A stretch of DNA of 64,000 bases from Candidatus Daviesbacteria bacterium (GTDB taxonomy: Bacteria > Patescibacteriota > Microgenomatia > Daviesbacterales > UBA10151): assembly GCA_028715175.1 (NCBI GenBank), contig JAQUSJ010000001.1:674386-738385 (forward strand). The letters are read 5' to 3'. A program made the translations under genes and the position numbers. Position 1 is the first letter of the stretch; every line of letters starts with the position of its first letter. Shown here piece after piece: positions 25,663-36,059 of this stretch. The notes below the pieces were generated by a model that had not been told where the DNA came from, did not search any database, and saw nothing but the letters and a program-made list of their open reading frames with translations.

Positions 25663-26775
25663 CTAATTTAAAAACCACTTTTTCATTTGAGCAATTATCT
25701 GTTCTCCGTTTGTAGTTTTCAAAACTGCCGGCATTGGATCAGACAAATATACTCCATTTAATTTTTTACTGCCTTCCTCCAAAACAATTCCGATATCTCC
25801 TGCAGGCCACATTTCATTGTTTCCCTTATAACCATGTTCAGCAACTACTACCTCCGGCACCACGTCCCTTTTAGCCCAAGCCGAAGCCTTATCCATATTA
25901 AAATCTATAACTTTGCGGAGTTCCTCTAAATCAGTTGGCGGCGGCGCAGGATGCGGCATAACCCCCAACACATCATAACCTTTAAAATTTAAGTTATCAC
26001 CTTCACCTTTATGTAAATCTCCTTTGTAAAAAATTTTACCTTGGTAATTTTTTCTAATTTTGGGAAGAATTTCCTGATTCCAGGAAGAGGCCACTTTGAT
26101 GCCAAAAATATTTTCCGGCTCACCCATTGGGGCAAACATTTCAATATGGTATTTTTGGGCAATTTTTGCCATATCCTCAACCACCTTGTCGAATTTGTCC
26201 AAATATCCGGGTTTTTCCACCACCTCCTTTGGCAACGGTATGGGTTCCCCAGCCCACTGCCCCTTTGGGTCAAAATTTTCTTTGTAGTGAACCAGGACTG
26301 TCATAGTCAGATGAATGTTAGCTGAATAAAACTTGGTGGCCAACTCTCCCACCCGCGCATCCAAATCTTCATTCGTGGGAAAATCAGGAGGGTAGCGCAC
26401 TTCACCTTTACTGTTTATCTCAAAACCGGGAGCAATATTGACAATATTTACTCCCCAGCTTTTGTACTTTTCAAGATCAAGTTTTAAACCTGTATATTGT
26501 TCCGGGTAAATTAAGTTTCCCGACCAGAGACCTTTATAAAAAGTTATTTTATCTTTTGGAGGATTAGGAATCGGACCACTCCAATGGGCTATTTTAGGAG
26601 GCATGGAAGGACCAAAATTTTCTGCCCCTCCAGGTCTTTGACCCCAACCCGGTTGATTTTGTTCTGGTCCTTTATTTTGTCCTGTAATTCCTGTAAACTT
26701 TGAAAAGCCCACTCCTACAACAACCGCCAATATAGCAACAATTAAAAAAATAGGGGCAAAACCTTTTTGAGTCAT
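25663..26775 (-). CDS. hypothetical membrane-anchored extracellular protein, possibly a TIM-barrel glycoside-hydrolase-like enzyme
   Basis: N-terminal TM anchor and a G/P-rich linker. …FAPMGEPEN… is vaguely reminiscent of the GH5 NEP motif (weak). 370 aa. Confidence 0.35.
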   Translation of the reverse strand: MTQKGFAPIFLIVAILAVVVGVGFSKFTGITGQNKGPEQNQPGWGQRPGGAENFGPSMPPKIAHWSGPIPNPPKDKITFYKGLWSGNLIYPEQYTGLKLDLEKYKSWGVNIVNIAPGFEINSKGEVRYPPDFPTNEDLDARVGELATKFYSANIHLTMTVLVHYKENFDPKGQWAGEPIPLPKEVVEKPGYLDKFDKVVEDMAKIAQKYHIEMFAPMGEPENIFGIKVASSWNQEILPKIRKNYQGKIFYKGDLHKGEGDNLNFKGYDVLGVMPHPAPPPTDLEELRKVIDFNMDKASAWAKRDVVPEVVVAEHGYKGNNEMWPAGDIGIVLEEGSKKLNGVYLSDPMPAVLKTTNGEQIIAQMKKWFLN

Positions 26776-28673
26776 TTATTTTCTCCTGAACAATCTTTGG
26801 GACAATTTTCTTTGGTCTCATCATTTGATGGTTCACAAATAGTGTCACCGCATTTGCCTGTGCCCTGTTTCTCCTCTCCTTGAGGTGAATTCTGGGTAGG
26901 TTGTTTAATTGCCTGATTTGGTTTTTGGCCCAACAATTGAAGAAAAAAGTTCAGGATTTTTTGCACCAAACCAATTTGCTTTCCCTCCGAAGATTGACTG
27001 TCTCCTACATTTCCCCCGCTGCCCATACCCTTTAAAGCTTCATCCATTGGTTTTGGCTCAATAACTGTTTTGCACTCATAAACCTTATTTCTATTGGGAG
27101 ATAAAATCTCTTCAAAAAAGTATGGGGAACCACCCGTACCGGCCGCTATATATTTACCATTTGCTGATACTGCCACTTCTTCCACAAATTCCTTAAACTC
27201 AACTGGGATATCTTTCTTTCCGCCAGCTGGCGGATTGGGATCCAGGATATGAACCTTACTATCTGTACTACCCAAAGCAATTACACTGCCATCATCGGAA
27301 ATATCAGCCGAACCAATAGTAGTATTTAAATGCCAATCTGAAATTGACTTGCCGTCTTTATTCAAAAGATAAACATCACCCACAGTATTGGCTGCCACAA
27401 TTGAATTTCCATCAGAAGTCATATCCATTGCCCTGGCAGCTTTAGAGCTGGAACCGGTAAATTTCCACAAGGGTTTGGAAGAATTTTTAGCAAACGCCAC
27501 CACCATAGAAGAATCAGGTCCGCCGTCAGTAGTGAAGCTCGCAAAACTTCCATCTTTAGTAATCCTAGCCCGCTGGACAGGTGAATCATAGGTTAACCTA
27601 CCAGAGACCATTACCGGCTTGTTGGAATCCTTACTAAAAATATAGGCCTGGCGGTCCGGACAACCGGTTGAACCTACCACAAAGCTACCGTCTTTTGAAA
27701 AAGCAATATCATGGAAATTTCCTGAAGCATGATACTGCCATAAGGGTTTTGAAGAACTCACCTTCCAGATAATTAGCAGGTTGCTGTTCAAGATTGTTTC
27801 TGAACCAGCTGTAGCTGCCCCAACATATTGACCATTTTCAGAAATAGCCACATTATAGGCATTATCTGTTGAATATTTCCAAACAGGCTTATTACTGGAT
27901 TTATCGAATAACAACACATTACTACTAATTGAGGCAAAAATCTTTGATCCGTCCCCGGAAATGGCTATCCCTCCTTTAACATCCCCACCAATCATTCCAC
28001 TAGTTCCATGCTCATAAATCCAAACTGGTTTTTCAGGCTTACTAGTATCAAACAACAAAACCTTGCGGGAAGTTTTAACGGCCAGATATTTCCCATCAGA
28101 AGATATAGCTATCCCGCCTACCCATTCATCGCCTACCGGATATTCCAGGATCTTCTTGCCGGAACCATCCATCACGGCTATCTCATTATGCAGAAAATCG
28201 CTTTCAAAAAGCACCGGCCCATTGCCCGGAGAATCAATTATCCCTTCCCGAGTTTTACCTAAACCGTTAGAGGCTTCAAAAAAGAAAAAATTGCCTCCAA
28301 TTTTGTTTGGGACAAATTTATAAATATACCTGATACCTTTTTTATAATCGTTGTCATTGGAATTTTCTTTTTGAGGAACGATCCAATCTCCGTTAAAATA
28401 CATTTTTACATATTCCGGCGGCCGACCTTCTTTATCACGATAAGTTGTGTAATACGTATATCTTTGACAGGGAGGTCCCCACATCGGGTAAACTCCGCCA
28501 TTTTCTAAAATTGGGTCATTGGCAGTTTTAGAAAGTTTTGGGATCATCTGACCTGGCCCGGGAGGAGGCTTTGACTCTGCTGAAACTACTTTAGAAAAAC
28601 CAAAAAGATGGCTGATTATAAAAAAAATCAAACTAATTATTAAAGCTAAGACGAGCAGTTTAATAATCTTCAT
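26772..28673 (-). CDS. secreted beta-propeller repeat protein (WD40/YVTN-like blades) with Cys-rich C-terminal tail
   Basis: Signal/TM at N-terminus. About 8 repeats of the form (I/F)S.DG(K/S)… Tail KCGDTICEPSNDETKENCPKDCSGENK. 633 aa. Confidence 0.55.
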   Translation of the reverse strand: MKIIKLLVLALIISLIFFIISHLFGFSKVVSAESKPPPGPGQMIPKLSKTANDPILENGGVYPMWGPPCQRYTYYTTYRDKEGRPPEYVKMYFNGDWIVPQKENSNDNDYKKGIRYIYKFVPNKIGGNFFFFEASNGLGKTREGIIDSPGNGPVLFESDFLHNEIAVMDGSGKKILEYPVGDEWVGGIAISSDGKYLAVKTSRKVLLFDTSKPEKPVWIYEHGTSGMIGGDVKGGIAISGDGSKIFASISSNVLLFDKSSNKPVWKYSTDNAYNVAISENGQYVGAATAGSETILNSNLLIIWKVSSSKPLWQYHASGNFHDIAFSKDGSFVVGSTGCPDRQAYIFSKDSNKPVMVSGRLTYDSPVQRARITKDGSFASFTTDGGPDSSMVVAFAKNSSKPLWKFTGSSSKAARAMDMTSDGNSIVAANTVGDVYLLNKDGKSISDWHLNTTIGSADISDDGSVIALGSTDSKVHILDPNPPAGGKKDIPVEFKEFVEEVAVSANGKYIAAGTGGSPYFFEEILSPNRNKVYECKTVIEPKPMDEALKGMGSGGNVGDSQSSEGKQIGLVQKILNFFLQLLGQKPNQAIKQPTQNSPQGEEKQGTGKCGDTICEPSNDETKENCPKDCSGENK

Positions 28674-28681
28674 TTACACTA

Positions 28682-29275
28682 CTACACTACCGCCACAGCA
28701 ATCAGGTTATATAAGCCATGTGCGGCCATAGAATAGATAAGGGAATTGCCTCCTTGTTCGTCTTTGGTAACCCCAAAATAAACACCAATTAACCCGGTCA
28801 TTGCCGTTGCCGCCAAGGAATAACCTTTAACAAAATGTACTAGCGCAAAAAGGATATTAGATAAAACCAGCGCAATCCAGATATTTCCGCCAAATCTTTT
28901 TTTGAAATCTTCCTGTAAGTACCCGCGGAAAAAGAATTCTTCGGCAAAGGAACCAATTAAAAGCATCAATGGAAACGTTGCGGGAGCTACAATTGGCCTG
29001 CCCGTCAAAGACCACCTGAAATATAAGACTACCGGCAGGAGGAAAACAAAAAAGATTCCCACAAGAGGTTTGCCAACCCGAAATCCTAAATCAACAAAAG
29101 AAAATTTCTTAAAAAGAATCAAAAGAATTGGTAAAGCAAAAAGAACAGTGTAATAAGGGTCAATCGGCAAACCGCTCTGTTGCAGATATTGTCGGAAGCC
29201 GTAGGCTGCTATTACTAGCACTGATAAACCAATCGGAAGCAGGACAGAATTTTGCTTCATAATTTTACTGTACAT
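28682..29275 (-). CDS. CPBP-family intramembrane metalloprotease (CAAX protease / Abi domain)
   Basis: EEFFFRGYLQ (motif 1 EExxxR), FALVH (motif 2), HGLYN (motif 3). 197 aa, multi-TM. Confidence 0.8.
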   Translation of the reverse strand: MYSKIMKQNSVLLPIGLSVLVIAAYGFRQYLQQSGLPIDPYYTVLFALPILLILFKKFSFVDLGFRVGKPLVGIFFVFLLPVVLYFRWSLTGRPIVAPATFPLMLLIGSFAEEFFFRGYLQEDFKKRFGGNIWIALVLSNILFALVHFVKGYSLAATAMTGLIGVYFGVTKDEQGGNSLIYSMAAHGLYNLIAVAVV

Positions 29276-29291
29276 CGCTCTTAGTAAAGAG

Positions 29292-29903
29292 TCAACATTT
29301 TTTAATTTGTTTGCTTAAAATTTTCCCGTTTGTATCCATCTGGTAAATAATAATTTCCCCTGTGGAAATTTCTAAATTGGGGATATCACTATCAGTAATA
29401 TTTTCCAGATATTTAACTAATGCTCTCAGATTATTCCCATGGGAAACAATTAAAATATTTTTCCCTTCTTTTAATTTTGGCAAAATTTGTTCTTCATAAA
29501 ATGGAACTACTCTTTGATAAACATCTTTTAAGCTCTCCCCATTCCAAATCGGAACATCCCATCCTCTCCTGATTCTTAAAAATTCTTCCTCCCCTATTTT
29601 CTCTCTTATCTCCCATTTATTTTTTCCAGTAAATTCTCCATAATTTCTTTCTTTTAGAGCATCATTTTCTAAAATCTGTTGGTCGCCCTTCTCCAACTCT
29701 TCTAAAATTCCCACCAGAGTATTTTTTGCCCTTTTTAAGGGGGAAGTAAAATAGAGATTAAAGGAAATATCTTTCAACATACTGCCAACTTTCCTGGCTG
29801 CATTTTTCCCAACTTCATCCAAATCAATATCAGTCCAACCGGTCCAAAGCCCTTTTTTATTCCAAACTGATTCTGTGTGTCTGACCAAAACTAGATATGC
29901 CAT
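29292..29903 (-). CDS. gpmA: histidine-phosphatase-family phosphoglycerate mutase (dPGM-like, short form)
   Basis: MAYLVLVRHTESVWNKKGLWTGWTDIDLDEVGKNAARKVG closely matches the GpmA N-terminus (RHGES variant RHTES). Confidence 0.75.
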   Translation of the reverse strand: MAYLVLVRHTESVWNKKGLWTGWTDIDLDEVGKNAARKVGSMLKDISFNLYFTSPLKRAKNTLVGILEELEKGDQQILENDALKERNYGEFTGKNKWEIREKIGEEEFLRIRRGWDVPIWNGESLKDVYQRVVPFYEEQILPKLKEGKNILIVSHGNNLRALVKYLENITDSDIPNLEISTGEIIIYQMDTNGKILSKQIKKC

Positions 29904-31033
29904 GTTTTTTCTATCTCCACAAGTCTTTCATATTTTACCATCCGTTCTTTTTGCAGCGGGCAGCCGGATTTTAATCCATCTGCTCCTATCCCTACTGCCA
30001 GATCCGCAATAAAAGTATCCATGGTTTCCTCGCCACGATTAGCAACTACTATTTTCCAACCATAAGATTTAGCCAAATTTACTGCCTGAATAGTTTCAGT
30101 TACTGTCCCTATTTGAGTAGGTTTGATAATCACGGCGTTGACAGCATTTTTATCTGCTGCCATTTTGAGGCGTTTAGGGTTGGTCGTAGTCAGATCATCT
30201 CCAATTATCCAGATCTTTTCGCCAAGGCTGGCGGTAATTTTGGAAAATCCATCCCAGTCATCTTCGGAATATGGATCTTCAATAGCCAGTAGATTGTAGT
30301 TGGTAGTAAGTAGTTGATAGTAAGAAAGATCAATTTTATTTTCTAATTTCGTAGCAGCGCAGTCCAGACCAAACTGTGCATTAGAAGAAATTTCCTGCAT
30401 AATTTTTAAACCATCTTCAGCATTTTTAGAGGGAATCGTATAGCCTCCTTCAGATCCCATTTCCACTTCCCCATAACCATCCTTTATTTTATCTCCCAAA
30501 AGTTTAAGAAAATCATTCGCTTCATCTAGACTTTTTTGAGGTGAATTAGTTTTAGGGATAAACCAGTATTCCTGAAAAGGTAATCCGCCAGCTGGCGGAT
30601 TACCATGCACCCCACCTTCTATGACATTAAAAAAACAAAGTGGCAAAGATGGTTTTGCGCCAGAAATTTTAGAAACGAGCTGCCAAACTTCCATACCAGC
30701 ACTTTTTGCCAGAAGTTTGGCAAAAGCCATACTTAACGCAATAATCAAATTACCTCCCAGGTTTGATTTATCTTCTGTCCCGTCTAAAGTAGTAAGTAAT
30801 CCATCAAATTGATCTAAGGTAGCAAAATCGTGATCTTTAATTTGTGAGAAAATCCAATCCGTCTTTTCCAGGGCTTTTTGAGGAGGGATAACCTTTGCTT
30901 CATTTTTTCCAGTACTTTCTCCTGTGGGCACGGACGCAATCACACTTGTTCCATCTGACAGCATTTGAGCCTCCAGAGTATCTTTACCTTTGGAATCAGG
31001 AATAATCTGAAAGTGAATCCTATCAATTTTCAT
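29891..31033 (-). CDS. eno: enolase (phosphopyruvate hydratase), divergent short form
   Basis: N-terminal …IIPDSKGKDTLEAQ…ASVPTGESTGKNEA… and a C-terminal TIM-barrel region (VANRGEETMDTFIADLAVG, a variant of SHRSGETED). Confidence 0.75.
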   Translation of the reverse strand: MKIDRIHFQIIPDSKGKDTLEAQMLSDGTSVIASVPTGESTGKNEAKVIPPQKALEKTDWIFSQIKDHDFATLDQFDGLLTTLDGTEDKSNLGGNLIIALSMAFAKLLAKSAGMEVWQLVSKISGAKPSLPLCFFNVIEGGVHGNPPAGGLPFQEYWFIPKTNSPQKSLDEANDFLKLLGDKIKDGYGEVEMGSEGGYTIPSKNAEDGLKIMQEISSNAQFGLDCAATKLENKIDLSYYQLLTTNYNLLAIEDPYSEDDWDGFSKITASLGEKIWIIGDDLTTTNPKRLKMAADKNAVNAVIIKPTQIGTVTETIQAVNLAKSYGWKIVVANRGEETMDTFIADLAVGIGADGLKSGCPLQKERMVKYERLVEIEKTWHI

Positions 31034-33435
31034 CTTTGTTCTAATTTATGAACTTGAAGGGTTGTTTGAACAAGTGAATCAGGGTTTAGCGAAATGCTAT
31101 CTATTCCCTCCTTAATCAGGAATTCTACAAATCCAGGATAATCAGAAGGGGCTTGACCGCAAATACCGATATATTTATCCCTGGCTTTACATTTTTTTAT
31201 TACTTGCGAAATTAATACCTTTACAGCCGGATCATTTTCATTAGCAATACCCTTTATTTTTTCATTACCATCCCTGTCAATACCTAAAGTCAACTGAGTC
31301 AGGTCATTACTCCCAATACTCATCCCATCAAAAATATCCAAAAACTTATCAGCCAAAATAACATTAGAAGGTATTTCACACATCACATAAATCTTTAAAT
31401 GCTTAAATTTACTCTTAGAAAGGCCATGATCTTCCATTAGTCTCAAAACTTTTTTCCCTTCATCAGGTGTCCTGCAAAATGGAACCATCACTAAAATATT
31501 ATCTAAACCCATCTCATTAATTACCTTTTTAATAGCTTCAATTTCCAGCAAAAAGGCGGGCGCAAAATCCCCCGAATAATACCTGGATGCCCCTCTCCAA
31601 CCGATCATCGGATTTTCCTCGCTTGGCTCAAACAAATCCCCTCCCAAAAGTTTCCTGTATTCGTTAGTCTTAAAATCGGAAAAACGCACTATGATGGGAT
31701 TCGGATAAAAAGCCGCTCCGATCCTGGCAATGCCGAAAGCTAATTTATCAATATAGAACTTTTTTTTATCAGGATATCCTAAAGTAATTTTTCCGACCAG
31801 ATCTTTAACACTTTCAGGCAGTTTGTCGTAATTTAAGAGCGCCAGGGGATGTATGCCGATATTTGACGCTATTATAAACTCCTCTCTGGCCAGCCCAACT
31901 CCCTTATTTGGCAGAAATGATTTCTCAAAGGCTGTCTCAGGAGTCGCTATATTCATCATAATGCGGGTTTTAGTTTCAGGAATTTTCTTAACATCGTGTT
32001 CTATAATTTTAAAATCCAACTTGCCCTTGTAAACGACCCCTTCATCCCCCGAACAATCTACAGTTATCTCCTGACCGTCTGGTATTCTTGTAGTAGCTTT
32101 TATACACCCGACAATTGCCGGAATACCGAGCTCCCTCGACACTATTGCCGCATGAGAAGTTCTTCCTCCCTCATCTGTTACAATTGCCGCGGCAATCTTC
32201 ATGATCGGTTCCCAATCCGGATCCGTCATTTTGGTAATCAAAATTTCTCCTTTTTCAAATGATTCAATATCTTTGGCATCCAAGATGATCTTTGCCTTAC
32301 CAACAGCAATTTTGCTGCCAACAGAAGCTCCACTAACAAGCTTCATTCCGTCGCCGACTCTTACGTAATCTTTGATCTTTGAAAAATCCCTGACTGCATG
32401 AACTGTTTCAGGTCTTGCCTGAATAATATGGAGCTTACCGTCTAATCCATCTTTAGCCCATTCAAGATCCATCGGAGTCCAACCGCCCTTTTTTCTGCTG
32501 TAGTGATCCTCAACCTGCACTCCCCATCTTGCCAGCTTTAAAATTTCTTCATCCGAGAGGGTAAAAGAATTTTTTTCTTTATCTGTTGTTGTAATAACTT
32601 TAGTTGGTTTATCTTCACCGTAAATCATTTTCTTAAATTTTCTACCCAATTTCTTTTCGATGATGGGCTTGAAATGTTTAAACAAAGATTTTCGTTTGTT
32701 TAAGTTTCTTTTAAAAACCAAAAACTCATCAGGTATAACTTCTCCCTGGACGATCATTTCTCCCAGTCCCCAGGAAGCATTGATCAAAACCACATCTTTA
32801 AAACCGGTTTCTGTATCCAGGGTAAACATGATCCCGGAGCAGCCTAAATCCGAGCGGATCATTTTTTGTACACCGACTGATAAATAAACTTTGAGATGGT
32901 CAAATCCCTTGTCTACCCTGTAGGAAATTGCCCTGTTTGTAAAAAGTGAAGCCATAGCTTTTCTGATCGCCAGCAGGATATCATCTTGCCCTCTGACGTT
33001 AAGATAAGTTTCGTGTTCGCCGGCAAATGAAGCTTCCGGCAAATCTTCAGATGTAGCAGATGAACGAACCGCAAAATCTGCATTTTTACCATATTTTCTC
33101 TCGGCATCTTTTAAGGCTTCCCTAATCACAGCTTTCAAATCTTCAGGGAACTCGGTGCTTTTGATTTTTTCCCGGATACTTTGACCCTTGTTTGCCAAAT
33201 CTGCCAGATTGCTAATATTTAAACCTTTTAACTCCTGTTTGATAAAATTATCTAGACCTGTCTTTGATAAAAAATATTTATAGGCAGTTGCTGTAACTAC
33301 AAACCCGCCGGGGATGCTGATATCCGTACCCTTAAAACTTCTAATCATTTCCCCTAAAGAAGCATTTTTCCCGCCTACCTCAGAAATATCATCAATATTT
33401 ATTTCCTCAAAAAGTTTTATGAAGCTTGTGCTCAT
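31030..33435 (-). CDS. ppsA: phosphoenolpyruvate synthase (pyruvate, water dikinase)
   Basis: ATP-grasp N-terminal domain, phospho-His mobile domain TDEGGRTSHAAIVSRELGIPAIVG, C-terminal PEP-utilising TIM barrel. 801 aa. Confidence 0.9.
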   Translation of the reverse strand: MSTSFIKLFEEINIDDISEVGGKNASLGEMIRSFKGTDISIPGGFVVTATAYKYFLSKTGLDNFIKQELKGLNISNLADLANKGQSIREKIKSTEFPEDLKAVIREALKDAERKYGKNADFAVRSSATSEDLPEASFAGEHETYLNVRGQDDILLAIRKAMASLFTNRAISYRVDKGFDHLKVYLSVGVQKMIRSDLGCSGIMFTLDTETGFKDVVLINASWGLGEMIVQGEVIPDEFLVFKRNLNKRKSLFKHFKPIIEKKLGRKFKKMIYGEDKPTKVITTTDKEKNSFTLSDEEILKLARWGVQVEDHYSRKKGGWTPMDLEWAKDGLDGKLHIIQARPETVHAVRDFSKIKDYVRVGDGMKLVSGASVGSKIAVGKAKIILDAKDIESFEKGEILITKMTDPDWEPIMKIAAAIVTDEGGRTSHAAIVSRELGIPAIVGCIKATTRIPDGQEITVDCSGDEGVVYKGKLDFKIIEHDVKKIPETKTRIMMNIATPETAFEKSFLPNKGVGLAREEFIIASNIGIHPLALLNYDKLPESVKDLVGKITLGYPDKKKFYIDKLAFGIARIGAAFYPNPIIVRFSDFKTNEYRKLLGGDLFEPSEENPMIGWRGASRYYSGDFAPAFLLEIEAIKKVINEMGLDNILVMVPFCRTPDEGKKVLRLMEDHGLSKSKFKHLKIYVMCEIPSNVILADKFLDIFDGMSIGSNDLTQLTLGIDRDGNEKIKGIANENDPAVKVLISQVIKKCKARDKYIGICGQAPSDYPGFVEFLIKEGIDSISLNPDSLVQTTLQVHKLEQR

Positions 33436-33471
33436 ATTGTATTAGAACTTATTATCTATATTTATTATAGC

Positions 33472-34329
33472 TTAAATCTTAGAGTGAAGTTCAAAATAAT
33501 CATAAACAGCTTTTGACAACAAAGCAATTTTTTCTTGAGCGCCCGGAGGGTAATCACTTTCCGACAAAACCACTATCAAGTAATCGCTGTAAATTGAGTA
33601 AACAATGCCGGCATCGTGTTTAAACCAACCTATATCTCCGGTTTTATGAGCAATTTTGATTTCGGGTAAATATTTAGGCAAACCATCGTTTAACTTTTGG
33701 TTTTGCAACAATTCAATCATCTTGTCTGCAAACTTAAGGCCGACTAACTGCCTTTTGTATAGCTTCTCGTAAAAAAGAGCAATATCAAAAGGGGTAGTCG
33801 TTGGAGAACCACCAGCAGCATCAACCAGTGATTCAACAAAATCGTTCTCTTTCAAGAAAGCTTCTATTGAAGATAATTTTATTTCCTCAGTCAAAAGCAA
33901 CGCCGCATAGTTATGAGAAATAGTAATCATTTGATTTAATGCTTGAGAAACAGACAAAGAGATGGAACCCGTTTGCAATTCAGCTTCCTTGGGTTCAATG
34001 CCAAATTTTTCATTCAGCACTTCAATATCCTCAGACAAAATTTTATCTTCTTTTAAGTTACCCTCTTTAATCTTTTGCAACGCCGTCCCCATCACCCAAA
34101 GTTTATATAAACTTCCCGCTTCAAAAACTTGATGTTCATTTGATTGATAGCTCTCCCCGGTTTTAAAATTTTTAATCACTATCCCATACTTCCCCTTTGA
34201 ATCAGCCATTACATGTTCCACTACACTTTTTAAAGAAGGCTTAGGTGCTTTAATCTCTTCCTTTTTTAAAAGACCTATCCCCAACAAAACAATAACTAAC
34301 GCCCACAAAATAGATTTTTTCAATGACAA
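33472..34329 (-). CDS. class A beta-lactamase-family serine hydrolase (penicillin-binding fold)
   Basis: SxxK (AGSLYKLW), S(H)N (ISHNYAA) and KTG (HKTGDIGW) motifs in correct order. N-terminal TM/signal. Confidence 0.65.
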   Translation of the reverse strand: MSLKKSILWALVIVLLGIGLLKKEEIKAPKPSLKSVVEHVMADSKGKYGIVIKNFKTGESYQSNEHQVFEAGSLYKLWVMGTALQKIKEGNLKEDKILSEDIEVLNEKFGIEPKEAELQTGSISLSVSQALNQMITISHNYAALLLTEEIKLSSIEAFLKENDFVESLVDAAGGSPTTTPFDIALFYEKLYKRQLVGLKFADKMIELLQNQKLNDGLPKYLPEIKIAHKTGDIGWFKHDAGIVYSIYSDYLIVVLSESDYPPGAQEKIALLSKAVYDYFELHSKI

Positions 34330-34361
34330 TTGTCTCTCCGTTTCTCTTGTAAGCCAAAAAA

Positions 34362-35228
34362 TTATCTGAATAATTCCAAAAGGGATTCTCCTGCTTTTAC
34401 ACCCGGCCTAACCCGGTAAAGGAAAAACCTGTTTACATCAAGGGCAAAAATACCGGAAATCGCCGTCACCGCAGATTTAAATCCTGCTTTTTTAACAACG
34501 TCAATAATCTGATTATCAAAAGCCCCATAAGGATAAGCAAAAGAAACTACTTTAATGCCAAAATTACTTTCAAAGTATTCTTTACTTTGTTTTATTTCAT
34601 ATTCAACTCTTTCCAGGGGTAACCCACTCAAATAAGTATGATCCATAGTATGCGCCCCGATTTCCACCAAACCGCTTTGCGCAATCTCTTTGAGTTGCCA
34701 GGAAGTTAAATTATTTGACCGATCCAGGAAATTTGGCACAATATATACTACTGCTTTAACTTGATATTTTTTTAGAATGGGAAATACATCCGTATAAAAA
34801 TCCCTGTAGCCGTCGTCAAAAGTTAAGATGACTGATTTTGGATCGATGCTTGCTTTATTATCTAAAGCATCGGCTAAATCGGCAGTTGTAATAAAAGAAA
34901 ATCCTGCATCTTTTAGGGTCTTCACTTGCTGGTCAAAGATAAAAGGAACGATATTAAGTGATTTGCGAATAGTATCTCCTTCATCTTTAACATACTCTAC
35001 ATAATGATACATAAGTATTGGCACTCGCAAGGATTTTTGAGGTTTTACATTTTTAATTGATTCTTGAACTTCTTTAGGTATTTCCACAATATCAGGAATC
35101 TGCTTGCTAAAATTTGATTCTTTAAGAATAAAAAAAGAAACCAGGATTAAAGTAATGAGGATAGTGAATAAGGTGAAATTTAGCTGATTAGATTGATGTT
35201 TTTTTGCCTTGATTATCATAGCTCTCAC
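34362..35228 (-). CDS. polysaccharide deacetylase (CE4 / NodB homology domain), membrane anchored
   Basis: ILTFDDGYRDFYTDVFPILKKY (TFDDG motif) plus downstream His motifs. Confidence 0.8.
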   Translation of the reverse strand: MRAMIIKAKKHQSNQLNFTLFTILITLILVSFFILKESNFSKQIPDIVEIPKEVQESIKNVKPQKSLRVPILMYHYVEYVKDEGDTIRKSLNIVPFIFDQQVKTLKDAGFSFITTADLADALDNKASIDPKSVILTFDDGYRDFYTDVFPILKKYQVKAVVYIVPNFLDRSNNLTSWQLKEIAQSGLVEIGAHTMDHTYLSGLPLERVEYEIKQSKEYFESNFGIKVVSFAYPYGAFDNQIIDVVKKAGFKSAVTAISGIFALDVNRFFLYRVRPGVKAGESLLELFR

Positions 35229-35288
35229 CAGATAAAACCTCGGATGGTTCTATTGTTGTTTCTTTATAACACAATTTCTAACCATGTT

Positions 35289-36029
35289 TCATAAACGAGA
35301 AGCGAATTCTTTGATAGACCAAAATCCGGAAACCTTGATCCTTGGCATATTAAAAGATGAACCCCATGTTTTCCCATACCATACTCCCACTCCCCCCGCA
35401 TATCCTGCCTGCCTGGCAGCTGCTTGAACTATTCCATTGGTAAACCCATTTGGATAAGAGATAAAATTAACAGGATATCCGGTATTTGCCTGTATAACAT
35501 TCTTAGAATCTATCAGTTGTTTCAACATATCTGCATAACTTAAGGAGGCCAAATTTGCATGATTTACTGTGTGTCCTTCAAAAGTAACTAAACCGGAAGA
35601 GGCGATTTCTTTAATTTGACCCCAATTCATATAGTAACTTCCGCCAATTAAACCTGTTGGAATAAAAGAAACCGCATGAAAGTTAAACCTGCGAAGTATG
35701 GGAAAAGCATTGGTATAAAAATCAATATAGCCATCATCAAAAGTTAAAACAACCGGCTTTGCAGGGACAGATGTTTGTCTGCTGAAAATTCCATATAAAG
35801 TATCCAAAGTTATCGGGGTGTAGCCATTTTGGGCAAGATATTGCATTTGCGCTTCAAATTTATCAGGAGAAACAGATAAAGAATCCCTTGCTATATCCTT
35901 AGCATTCGGATTTCCTGCAATATAGTGATAAGTCAAAATTGGCACACGCCAACCAGCTGCCGCAACTCGACCTGGAGTAAAAATAGGTATTAAAAAAAGA
36001 ATGGCCAGAATCAGCCATAAATTTCGCAT
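35289..36029 (-). CDS. polysaccharide deacetylase (CE4 / NodB homology domain), second paralog
   Basis: VVLTFDDGYIDFYTNAFPILRRFNFHAVSF, same architecture as its neighbour. Confidence 0.8.
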   Translation of the reverse strand: MRNLWLILAILFLIPIFTPGRVAAAGWRVPILTYHYIAGNPNAKDIARDSLSVSPDKFEAQMQYLAQNGYTPITLDTLYGIFSRQTSVPAKPVVLTFDDGYIDFYTNAFPILRRFNFHAVSFIPTGLIGGSYYMNWGQIKEIASSGLVTFEGHTVNHANLASLSYADMLKQLIDSKNVIQANTGYPVNFISYPNGFTNGIVQAAARQAGYAGGVGVWYGKTWGSSFNMPRIKVSGFWSIKEFASRL

Positions 36030-36059
36030 AAAGTATACTAATTATGGTATATTAACAAA

